Assembly: GCF_009914755.1 (NCBI RefSeq)
Contig: NC_060927.1
Source of the DNA: the human T2T-CHM13v2.0 reference genome, Homo sapiens
Reading direction: 5' to 3' (one strand)
DNA: 64,000 bases
Part shown: piece by piece, positions 1-15,624 of the stretch
Layout: every line of letters begins with the position of its first letter
Numbering within the stretch: the stretch's first letter is position 1
Made by a program: the position numbers and the translations under genes
Notes under the pieces: generated by a model
Database searches by the model: none
The model's input: only the letters and a program-made list of their open reading frames with translations
What the model was told of the DNA's origin: nothing

Positions 1-556
1 ATAGTTAAAAGTGTCACTGATTGATCAATGGTTTCTTTTAAAAAGAAGGAAAAAAGAATACTGTAAAGCAAGATGAGTGAGGCTCCTTGGACCTCAGTGC
101 TTGTTCTAATGAAGAGGGCTGTTTGCATCTCAAGGTGGGCACTTGGAGATGTGCAGTTACCACGAACAACCTCCTATTCTTTCAACTCAAATGCAGTGGT
201 TACTGAAAAAAATCTCTGCAGATTTACAGATGAATCCCCTAAAGCCAGATGACTGTTCTACTGGTGAACAGAACAATTACTTTCAGGTCCCACTAGAGTG
301 ACCTTACTCTCAACTCAACACAAGGCCAAATACCAAGAGGGAACCTGCCTCCTCTGCACCTGGTTGTTGCTAAAGGTATGATTCCTGCTCCCAGAGAAAC
401 AGTATAAATGGCTGCAGGAGTGGAGGTGGCAAGGCTTGCTCTTACATTCTAAATACCTTCCACAGAGCCCATGTTAATTATGGGACACCACACTTCTGGC
501 AGGCTCAAATACAGTTAGGTGCTAAAGAGTTCCAGAAAACCTTGTTTCTTGGGCAT

Positions 557-888
557 TGCTATGGTTTGTGGTCCCTCCAAAATTCAGGTGTTGCCAATGT
601 CTGTAGTATTAAGAGGCAAGGCCTTTAGGAGGTGGTTAAACCTTGAAGCCTGCTCTGTCTCTTTAACGGATTAAAGCCCTTATAAAATAGGCTTCATGCA
701 GCATTTGGCAAGCTTGCCTTTTTGCCTTTTGCCATGAGAGGATATAGCAAGATGGCCCTTACCAAATTGAGTGCCAGCCCCTTGATCTTAGATGTCCCAG
801 CCTCACACTGTGAAAAATAAATTTCTGCTCTTTATAAATTACTGAGTTGCAGTTACTCTGTTGTAGCAGCACAAAATGGACTAAGACA
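557..888 (+). mobile_element. MST-family MaLR solo LTR
   Basis: TG..CA termini (TGCTATGGTTT...GGACTAAGACA), TATAAA, AATAAA...TATAAATTAC. Near-TSD GGCAT/GGCAA. Confidence 0.85.
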
Positions 889-1585
889 GGCAACACACAC
901 AAAGGCCTAATAGTTTCTCACCATTTCTCTGAAAGAAACACACAGCTCACTTAGGGCTGTAGTTCTTAAGCTGTGACCTCTCACAGGTCTACTAATGACA
1001 TTAGAGAAGCTTGCAAACACTTCCCCCCACAAATATAGGCAAAATGTGTTAATGAGAATCTTTCCAGGAAGGCTTTTTATAACTTCCTGGATCTAGATTT
1101 GTATTGGGTCCATGTCCTTAAAGTGGTTGAGAAACAGGTCCTTAAAAAGATGAACACTTGACCTGAAGGCAAGACCAGAGTCTGCAATGGACATACTGTG
1201 ATTACTTATTTGTGAACTTTTGCCAAGTGAAATCCAGACAAAGTGCAGAGTCAAGTGATCTCATGTGTCCAAATGACAGAATGCTGATGGGATATCCAGA
1301 CACTATCAAGATGCAGAGAGATTCAAATGTGGGCTAATGAATAACTGGTTTCTATTTATATCATTATGAACATTACAGGCCCTGAAAAAAGATTACCCAT
1401 TCATTACTTTGTACACTCAATCTTCTGATGGTGTCTAAATATTTTTATGAGACTACTGCCATCATTTGCCATATTTGGGATAGTTGTATAATAATATTAT
1501 TAAACAAAAGTAACTGCCACTTATTAGGTACTTCAGTGCCAGATGCTAGCTCTAACCCCCTCAATAACATTAAAATGTAGTTTTA

Positions 1586-1870
1586 TTTCTAAATTGATAA
1601 TAGTGATGTTTCAATACATATCATCTACAGTGATTAGATCAGAGTAATTAGTATATCCATCATTTCAAACATTTATCATTTCTTTATGTTGGGAACATTC
1701 AATATCCTCCTATTTGAAACTATATATTACTGCTAACTACAGTCACCCTATAGTGCTATACAACACTAGAACTTATTCCTCCTGTCTAGCTGTAATTTTG
1801 CATCCTTTAACAAACACTAGAGGCTAGGAAGGGTGGGGGAAGGAGGGATAGGGAGAAATTTGTTAAAAGG
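1586..1870 (-). mobile_element. L1MA 3'-end fragment with 5' inversion
   Basis: L1MA 3'UTR on minus strand 1586-1814, followed by the next-upstream L1 segment in opposite orientation ~1815-1870. Flanked by TTAAAA(T/G)GTAGTTTTA repeats. Confidence 0.75.
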
Positions 1871-1879
1871 TAGTTTTAA

Positions 1880-2176
1880 AATATTTTATTTTTAGAGACA
1901 GGGTCTCGCTCTGTCACCCAGGCTGGAATGCAGTAGTAGCACAATCCATAGCTCGCTGCAGCCTCGGACTCCTGGGCTCAAGCAATCTTCCTGCTTCAAC
2001 CTCCCAAGTGGCTGGGACTTCAGAGGCACACCACACCTGCCTAATTTTTAAAATTTTTGTAGAGGTAGGGTCTTGCTATGTTGTCCAGGCTGGTCTTGAC
2101 CTCCTGGCCTCAAGTGATCTTCCTGTCCCAACCTCCAAAGTGCTGGAATTGAAGGCACGAGCCACTGCATTAGGCT
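1880..2176 (-). mobile_element. AluJ
   Basis: Dimeric Alu. TSD AAAAGGTAGTTTTAA at 1865-1879 and 2178-2192. Confidence 0.92.
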
Positions 2177-2491
2177 GAAAAGGTAGTTTTAATTACCCCC
2201 ATCAGAAGCCCAGAGGGGAGGTCACTCAGTTTGTCAATGACAAAGTAGGATTTACATGCAAAGCCTCATGCTAACACTCCACTCTCGACACTTCCTCTCT
2301 TTGTCCGTTACGTGTGGATAAAGCCTATCAAAAACAGAACCTTTAACCACGGACTCCTGAATGCTTTAGGGTCACTGTTTGTCTTAGTTGACATTATTCA
2401 ATTCCTACCTGGATATACCCCTGTCAATTTAATCTCTTGACCTAAAAATCATATTAATTAAACTCCACTACTTACAGCCATTTTGTCTTAA

Positions 2492-2854
<363 letters not shown>

Positions 2855-3251
2855 TAAAAGTCAAGCTTGTAAGAGCTATTTATATTCCCCAACTGGTAAT
2901 GGACCCATAAGTATAGTGGCTGCATCTTATTCACCTCTGTAAGCCGAAGCCTGACACATTGCTGGTGCAGTACATACCCAGGGAATATGTGCTGACTTTT
3001 AAAGAATTTGGAATCCAAGGGCCAGTGTCAAATTTCAATCTAAGAGCTGCATCCATTGCCAAAGATCCTGATTTCTTCATGGACAGCATCTCAATGTCTG
3101 ACTCCAATTAGTGGCATCAGTAATTTCTCCATTTCCAACCTTGCCTTACTTAGTTTGTCCCTATCCATATACTGCCAGTGGCTCTACAGGCATCTGGGCC
3201 ATTTTAATCTGTGCCCCAAATTTCTTTCTTTGTGAAAAGGAGAATATCAGT

Positions 3252-3326
3252 GGAAAGGAAGAAAGAAGGGGGAGAAAAAGGACAGAAGGAGGGAGGAAAG
3301 GAAGGGAAAGAGGGAGAGAGATGGAG
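3252..3326 (+). repeat. GA-rich low-complexity tract
   Basis: Near-pure purine run (GGAA/GAGG). Confidence 0.8.
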
Positions 3327-4049
3327 GTTAAACACAGTGACAGATAGAGCTGTAATATATTTGGGTAATAGGGAAGTAACTACAAATAATTAAGAGTTAC
3401 AGAGCATTTCTAAGCTGAAAAATAGCCTCAGCATTAGTCTAATCCCTTCACTCATCAACGTGGATTCTGAAGACTGAATATGAAAAATTAGCTTCCAAGA
3501 CCACATAGCTTGTCAGTAAGTGGCAGAGTTAGACCTGGAGTCCAGCTCTCTCTCTCTCTTGTCTACTGGGCTTTTCAGCCACACCATACTGTTGTATAGG
3601 ATAAAGTTTCTCCTTTATAGACGACCAGTTTCTGGACTACTGTCCCTCCTGACTGGAAAACCTGAATCTAGAAACATCTAATAGAAATGATAGTATAAAA
3701 GCATGTTCCTGAAAGAATAAGTACAACGTCTGCAGAATTGTTCAACTGAACTTACAAGAAAAAAAGAAAAAACAACCACAGGGGCAGTTCCAAGATGGCT
3801 GAACAAGAACAGCTCCAGTCTATAGCTCCCAGCTTGAGCAATGCAGAAGATGGGTGATTTCTGCATTTCCAACTGAGATACTGGGTTCATCTCACTGGGG
3901 CTTGTAGGACAGTGGGTGCAGGACAGTGGGTGCAGCCCACCGAGAGTGAGCTGAAGCAGGGTGAGGCATCGCCTCACCTGGGAAGCACAAGGGGTCAGGG
4001 AATTCCCTTTCCTAGCAAAGTGAAGCTGTGACAGATGGCACCTGGAAAA

Positions 4050-4232
4050 TCAGGTCACTCCCACCCTAATACTGCACTTTTCCAATGGTCTTAGCAAATG
4101 GCACACCAGGAGATTATATCCTGCACCTGACTCGGAGGGTCCCATGCCCACGGAGCCTCGCTCATGGCTAGCACAGCAGTCTGAGATCGAACTGCAAGGA
4201 GGCAGTGAGGCTGGGGGAGGGGTACCCGCCAT
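4050..4232 (-). CDS. L1 ORF0 (antisense 5'UTR ORF), truncated to 60 aa
   Basis: MAGTPPPASLPPCSSISDCCASHERGSVGMGPSESGAGYNLLVCHLLRPLEKCSIRVGVT* matches primate L1 ORF0 (MAGAPPPASLPPCSLISDCCAS...). ATG retained. Early TGA at 4052-4050. Confidence 0.7.
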   Translation of the reverse strand: MAGTPPPASLPPCSSISDCCASHERGSVGMGPSESGAGYNLLVCHLLRPLEKCSIRVGVT

Positions 4233-4800
4233 TGCTGAGGCTTGAGTAGGTAAGCAAAGCAGCCTGGAAGCTCGAACTGGGTGGAGCCCACTGCAGCTCA
4301 AGGAGGCCTGCCTGCCTCTGTAGACTCCATCTCTGGGGGCAGGGCATAGCCAAACAAAAGGCAGCAGAAACCTCTACAGACTTAAATGTCCCTGTCTGAC
4401 AGCTTTGAAGAGAGTAGTTGTTCTCCCAGCAGGAGTTTGAGATCTGAGAACGGACAGACTGCCTCCTCAAGTGGGTCCCTGACCCCCGAATAGCCTAACA
4501 GGGTGGCACCCCTCAGTAGGATCAGACTGACACCTCACACAGCCGGGTAGTCCTCTGAGACAAAGCCAAAGAAACGATCAGGCAGCATTTGCTGTTGAGC
4601 AATATTCGCTGTTCTGCAGCCTCTGCTGCTGATACTCAGGCAAACAGCATCTGGAGTGGACCTCTGGCACACTCCAACAGACCTGCAGCTGAGGGTCCTG
4701 ACTGTTAGAAGGAAAACTAACAAACAGAAAGGACATCCACACCAAAACCCCATCTGTACGTCACCATCATCAAAGACCAAAGGTAGACAAAACCACAAAG

Positions 4801-5816
4801 ATGGGGAAAAAACAGAGCAGAAAAGCTGAAAATTCTAAAAAGCAGAGGGCCTCCCCACCTCCAAAGGAACGCAGCTACTTGCCAGCAATGCAACAAAGCT
4901 GGACAGAGAATGACTTTGATGAGTTGAGAGAAGAAGGCTTCAGATGACCAAACTTCTCCAAGCTAAAGGAGGAAGTTTGAACCCATCGCAAAGAAGCTAA
5001 AATCCCTGAAAAAAGATTAGACAAATGGCTAACTAGAATAACCAGTGTAGAGAAGTCCTTAAATGACCTGATGGAGCTGAAAACCATGGCACAAGAAATA
5101 CATGATGAATGCACAAGCTCCAGTAGCGATTCGATCAAGCGGAAGAAAGGGTATGAGTGATTGAAGATTAAATGAATGAAATGAAGCGAGAAGAGAAGTT
5201 TAGAGAAAAAAGAGTAAAAAGAAATGAACAAAGCCTCCAAGAAATATGGGACTATGTGAAAAGACCAAATCTAGGTCTGATTGGTATACCTGAAAGTGAC
5301 GGGGAGAATGGAACCAAGTTGGAAAACACTCTGCAAGATATTATCCAGGAGAACTTCCCCAACCTAGCAGGGCAGGCCAACCTTCAAATTCAGGAAATAC
5401 AGAGAATGCCACAAAGATACTCCTCGAGAAGAGCAACTCCAAGACACATAATTGTCAGATTCACCAAAGTTGAAATGAAGGAAAAAATGTTAAGGGCAGC
5501 CAGAGAGAAAGGTCGGGTTACCCACAAAGGGAAGCCCATCAGACTAATAGGGGATCTCTCGGCAGAAACTCTACAAGCCAGAAGAGAGTGGGGGCCAATA
5601 TTCAACATTCTTAAAGAAAAGAATTTCCAACCCAGAATTTCATATCCAGCCAAACTAAGCTTCATAAGTGAAGGAGAAATAAAATCCTTTACAGACAAGC
5701 AAATGCTGAGAGGTTTTGTCACCACCAGGCCTGCCCTAAAAGAGCTCCTGAAGGAAGCACTAAACATGGAAAGGAAAAACCCATACCAGCCACTGCAAAA
5801 TCATGCCAAATTGTAA
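4801..5816 (+). pseudogene. L1 ORF1p, disrupted
   Basis: ATG GGG AAA AAA CAG at 4801. Premature TGA at 4945-4947 and 4978-4980. Frameshift before the C-terminal 214-aa frame (5172-5816, RRM/CTD: ...RPNL...SYPAKLSF...). Confidence 0.95.
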
Positions 5817-5879
5817 AGACCATCGAGGCTAGGAAGAAACTGCATCAACTAACGAGCAAAATAACCAGCTAACATCATA

Positions 5880-9695
<3,816 letters not shown>

Positions 9696-12439
9696 ACAAT
9701 GAGAACACTTGGACACAGGAAGGGGAACAGCACACGCTGGGGCCTGCCTTGGGGTGTGGGGAGGGGGGAGGGGGGAGGGATAGCATTAGGAGATATACCT
9801 AATGTAAATGATGAGTTAATGGGTGCAGCACAGCAACATGGCACATGTATACATATGTAACAAACCTGCACATTGTGCACATGTACTCTAGAACTTAAAG
9901 TATAATAATAATAAAAAAAGAAAACCAAATGAGAAAATAAACCAATACAAGACAACAGAAGTGTGCATACCTTTACAGCCTGATCTACAAAAGCTTCCTT
10001 TAAGGAAAAAAAAAGCAACTGAAGTATACAGCAAGCCCAATACCTTCCTTTCTTAGATTGCTGTTATTGGAATAATAAATTGATTGTTTAACCTTGCCAA
10101 ATCACATAAACATATATTAATGTATAGTTTACCTGTACTCAGGCTTACTTTTCCAGTTTAGGAAAATATTGCATTTAAAATTTTTTCTAGTTTTCCAACA
10201 TTAAGCAAGAAAAAAGTCTTAATTGGAGCTTCACAGAATCTACCTCAGGGACAAACGTAAGTCTCATACTTGAATTATGATCCCGAGACAGGCCTCTGCT
10301 GAGAGCTCACTAGTATTTTCAGGTTGCCAAAATATTTTTGAAACAAAGAGAAAGTGTTTTAGTATGGTTTTACCTAGCACTATAGCTTTTTGTGATAAGA
10401 GACAAGACATGTAGTTCTTTTCCTGGGGTCTTTTGCACACCTGTGCACAGGCTTCTGCTAGCAATTGGAAACCATGCAGAACAGAAAGCAGAATCTCATT
10501 TGGATGCAGCTCCCACTTTTCTATTCCAAGATGCATGCACCCATGTAAAGAAACTCTTGCTTCATGAAATTCAGAGATGCTGGAAATTAGGCAAAATCAT
10601 CCTCTGGCCCAGAAAAGGCAAAGGGTGGACAGAGCATAGATTCGGAACTCAGGAGATCTAGAATCCAGGCTGTGCCCTGCCCCTAACGGGATAGGAAGTC
10701 TTAGAAAAATTCCTCCTCTTCTCTGGATTTTAATCTCTTCAGTAACAGAATGAGGAGATTGGACAAAGTGACTTACAAGGTTTCTTCTGGTTTAAATGTT
10801 CCATGGCATAAATATATCTAACAATTCTGCTCAGCCAATAATATTTGTCCACCACCCATCACCCTGCCTCCTGATAGTTACTGGGAATTCTCTCCATGGG
10901 TGAGACATAGTACCTGTCTGCAGCAACCTCCATTCTAGTAGTAACAACTTCCCTGCATACTTCAAATGTAGGATCAAACACAGTGGAACACACAGAGTAT
11001 GCTCTGGAGTGGAACTTGGTATGTCTGGGAATATTTTAGGCCCTCTGCTAAGAGCTGTAGTTTCTGACCCCTGAAAGAGCTGCATAACAAGATAGTCTTA
11101 CTTCTCAGGATGTTCTATGGCCTGAATCTTCAGAACAGGATCATTTATAATGAGGCCTTAGGTCACCAAAATGCCACTCTGAGAATCCAGGTCACAGGAC
11201 TGCATTTGGATAAGATTATATTCCTTTTCACTCCTTCGGACATTAGATACCTTTAGATAGGACCGATTTAGAGACAATGGACTCATTTCTAAGGCTACAC
11301 TATTATGTTGTTACATTATAGCAAAAGGGTACTATTCCAGTTCCTATTGTGATATATTTAATTTCTTTGATGTTTCTCTTCTCTACCCAATCCTGCCCAC
11401 TTCCTCTACAGACTTCCTTCTATCCCCAGGAGTTTTGCAGTCTACTGGATGAGATAATTTCCTTTGTTTTTTACCCAGATATTCCTCCCCTCCACCATCA
11501 ACATCTACCCATCAAGGAAGAAAAATGGCCACATGGAGTTGGACTTAATGAGTTTGCCATAACCACATTACAAGGCAGGAAAGAAAAAAAACCTTCCCTT
11601 TAATAAGGATGTAGGACTTCCTCTGACAAATCATAAAAGTTTTATTAATTAATTGGAAGCCGTCCCCAAAAATGGCATTTCCGAGGTTTCTATCTTGAAC
11701 TGCTGAATTCTGATCACATAGAATCCTCACCACAAACTAGACTGGAGGACAAAATTCAATTTTCCTTCTTCTTTCTGGAGGCAAAGCAGGGACCCACATC
11801 AAAGGATCCTTTCAGATGGGCTGCTAATGAGCTCTAGGACACCACGGAATTTTTGTTGCCGAGTGTTCACAAAAACAGGGAAGGCCCCAAACACATCTTG
11901 CTGATGAAACGATGAACAATTATAAATCAAAAAGCATTTCTGTGTTGCTTACTGACACAGTTCCTGCCCTCTCTCTGTCTTTTCTACATCCATAAAGAAA
12001 CTCCAGTATTTAAAATTTAAAAAAAAAAGAAGAAGAAAAAAGGAGAGTGGTGGGAGCAGGGGAAAGGGTGATGAAGTGGAATTACATACTTCATATTTGC
12101 CAAAGTTCTAAAGCAAAATAAGAAATCAGCCTTTCACGACCTTTAAAGGAGCAAAGATAGCATTAAAACAATGACAGGAAAACCCTCCAGACGATGGGCG
12201 TCTTTAAGGACCATCTTCACTTGGTATCAAACAGAGCACATCCAACTCCGTTTTGGAAAAAGGAATTCCTTCACAAGAGTGAAGATAAACATTTCTTGTA
12301 ATTTCCTTTTCTGCAAGTTGGGTTCTGCAATATTAGTTCTTAGATTAGTCCACCCCCAGTACAATATTAAAATCTGCCCAAGATTTTGCTATGAAATGCC
12401 AGTCAAAGCTGAAGAAGCACCGTTACACAGTCTGCAACT

Positions 12440-12780
12440 GGAAGATCATAAAAAAAAATCATTCTTACCTCCGAACCACCATGACCTCGGCTCATTTAAA
12501 GGAACTGAAGAGAGTGCTTAAGACAAAAGACACACGTATTAAGCACTTGTGCGGTGTGTGTGTGTGTGCGCGCGCGTGTGTGTGCGCGCATGTGCTTGCA
12601 TTTTCTCCAACTACAAGCCAGTGGAAGTAGGAACTTAAAAACTCCCGACGCCTTCCGCTGCCATATAATCTCAAGGAAATGACCATACTGTTTGTTTCTT
12701 TGATTAGAAACAAAAGCCTTTCAATATGAGTCACGGGAGAAATGGGAAAATAAAAACAACTAAAAAACTTCTGCTATTTC
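12440..12780 (-). promoter_or_regulatory. Candidate intronic promoter/enhancer
   Basis: Unique, locally CpG-enriched. 42-nt alternating purine-pyrimidine tract 12554-12595, NRF1-like GCGCATGTGC 12586-12595, ETS-like CGGAAG (minus, ~12652-12657), AP-1 TGAGTCA 12727-12733. Confidence 0.55.
12469..12495 (-). CDS. Candidate alternative first exon coding part (MSRGHGGSE, phase 0) of FRMD4B
   Basis: ATG AGC CGA GGT CAT GGT GGT TCG GAG|GTAAGA: strong donor, same phase as exon 1, adjacent to a promoter-like region. Kozak context weak (TAAATGA). Confidence 0.4.
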
Positions 12781-14667
12781 TTTTGGCCACTCAAACGCTT
12801 TCTTTACAACACATTTAAAACATATGATGAAATGTCATCTACTGTTTTCTAAACTTCCTTGATAATGCAAGCTTTAGGTTGGGTAATTATTCAGAGATAG
12901 GCGATGCCATGTATGAATCTAAACTTCTATGCATGTTCTGGATGAGGCTGGGAATTTAATGAATATAAATAAAAACAATATTTAACTCAACTTTGCTACT
13001 CACAGCCAGTTGATGTTAACAGCTTTTCCACTCAGAAAGAAACTTAGAATTCCATGGAACAACCTTAGTAAAATCAATCAGAGATGCCAGCCACAACAGA
13101 AAATCTTGGCAGAATGACGTGGTCTCAGAAAAGATTCATTTCACTATTTGCATTTAATGAAATCATTACTATTGAAGTCATTCAGTGAATAGGAAATAAT
13201 CAAAATACATTATGCTTGAAGGCAGAGAGAAAAACATATAGAATACTGGAAAAATAATAAATTTACTTTTTTTAAAAAAAGAGAATGACTAAGTAAAAGT
13301 TTGTGACAGGGTATCATGCTTCTCCCTCCTGAAAAAAAGAACAGTCTGGAATTTTGCTCAGGAGTATGGTATGGTTAAGAATATAACCATAAGATTAAAT
13401 CTCTAAGACTCTCTAGAGTCAGAGAAACCTCGTGTTTTACAGTTGTATATATCCTTGGGAAAGTTACTTGATCTTTCTGAGAATTGGTTCCCTCCTTTGT
13501 AAAATGGAGATAAAAATCCTGATCTCCTTCAGGAGTGCTGGGGAAATTAAAAGAGATAGTTCATGCAAAGCTCAAAGAATTTGCCTGGGAGATACCACAG
13601 GTATCTAAATATAGGGTGGGGTACCTCCCTTTACCCCCACAAAATGTTAATCCCTCAGAAACCGGGGAGTGGCTTTATCTTCAGATCCTTCTAAAGACTC
13701 TAATTACTATGACCACAATATACTGTCTGGGGAAGACATGGCAGCCTGTAACAACTTCAGTCAATGCTAAGTTTGGATGCAAATAGAAGTCACTTGATGA
13801 TATCAGTAGAAAAGGTGGCAAAAAGTTTAATACATATTTAGTAATTATTTGTGAGCACGTGACCTCCCAATTGGACGGGTTGGATGTTAGAAGAAACAAG
13901 TTACTTAAACATTATTTCATGCACATATACTTGTAGGATAAATGGAAAAAGGAAAAAAAAAAAAGCTGGGCAATGATATTCCCAGAAAAGCATCATATAT
14001 GGAGATTGAAAAAGTGCTATATAGCTCAAACAACTTGGGCAGAAGTGGAGATGCTGCGCTGTGATAAAAGGATGACTCAAAGAGGACTTTTGTTCCAGTG
14101 CCAGCACACACATGCACATGAAGAAGCTGAATAAAATTATCCTATCAAGAGGGAGAGCACAAGGCAGAAATCACTCCAGTTATTAATCTGCATAACAAGT
14201 GTTATGAGCACTCCTAATATTAGGAGTAAATTTTCTAATATTTCATATACATTTCTAAAATTTTATATAGGTTGACCCAAAACATTTGCCTGAGTCTTCT
14301 TGTTTGGAAGGTGGGGAATTATTGTATTACTTTATTTGACAGAACCTTCTATTTGTTAATATATAACAGTAAAAACTCAATACATGGTACCTTTTCTTAC
14401 TGGGTTGGAGAGTCGACTGAGAGAACTAGTGGGACATTTCTGATTGTATGGTAAAAATGTTTTCACTGTTGAAGGACAATCGGAATGTTGATAGCCAGTT
14501 TCAGCAGCAAGTTGGGCTAGATTAGGCAAGGCTAAAACCAGGAGGCCAGGGCAGCTTGAGGGCCAGATGAAGGTTGACAGACCAAATTAGGGGGGAGGCT
14601 GGGTAAGCTCAGGTTATGGTGTGAGAACACATAGAGATGGAGTCTACCAGGAGTATTAAAATTAGGA

Positions 14668-15069
<402 letters not shown>

Positions 15070-15102
15070 TCAAGACTGACCAATAAAATCACTCTACCCC
15101 CA

Positions 15103-15624
15103 TGTGATGGTTAATACTTAGTGTCAACTTGATTGGATTGAAGGATGCCAAGTATTGATCCTGGGTGTGCCTCTGAGGGTATTGCCAAAGGAGATTAACA
15201 TTTAAGTCAGTGGGCTGGGAAAGGCAGACCCACCCGTGATGTGGGTGGGCACCATCTGATCAGCTGCCGGTGTGGCCAGAATATAAAGCAGGCAGAAAAA
15301 TGTGAAAAGACAAGACTGGCCTAGCCTCCCAGCCTACATCTTTCTCTCGTGCTGGATGCTTCCTGACCTGGAATATCAGACTCCAAGTTCTTCAGTTTGG
15401 GGACTCGGACTGGCTCTCCTTGCTCCTCAGCCTGCAGACGGCCTATTGTGGGACCTTGTTATCATGTGAGTTAATACTTAATAAACTCCCCTTTATATAT
15501 AGATATATATATACACACACACATACATATATACACACACGTATATATACATATATATAATATATATACATATATATATAATATCCTATTAACTCTGTCC
15601 CTTTAGAGAACCCTTACTAATACA
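15103..15624 (+). mobile_element. MLT2A-family (ERVL) solo LTR
   Basis: TGTGATGGTTAATACT...ACTAATACA termini, internal (TA/CA)n tract 15493-15584, perfect 5-bp TSD CCCCA (15098-15102, 15625-15629). Confidence 0.9.

Noticed and set aside
3907-3934. GGACAGTGGGTGCA tandem repeat in the L1 5'UTR
   Set aside because: As I recall, a consensus feature of L1PA 5'UTRs of this age, not locus-specific.
9751-9780. G-quadruplex-like G run
   Set aside because: Standard L1 3'UTR polypurine tract.
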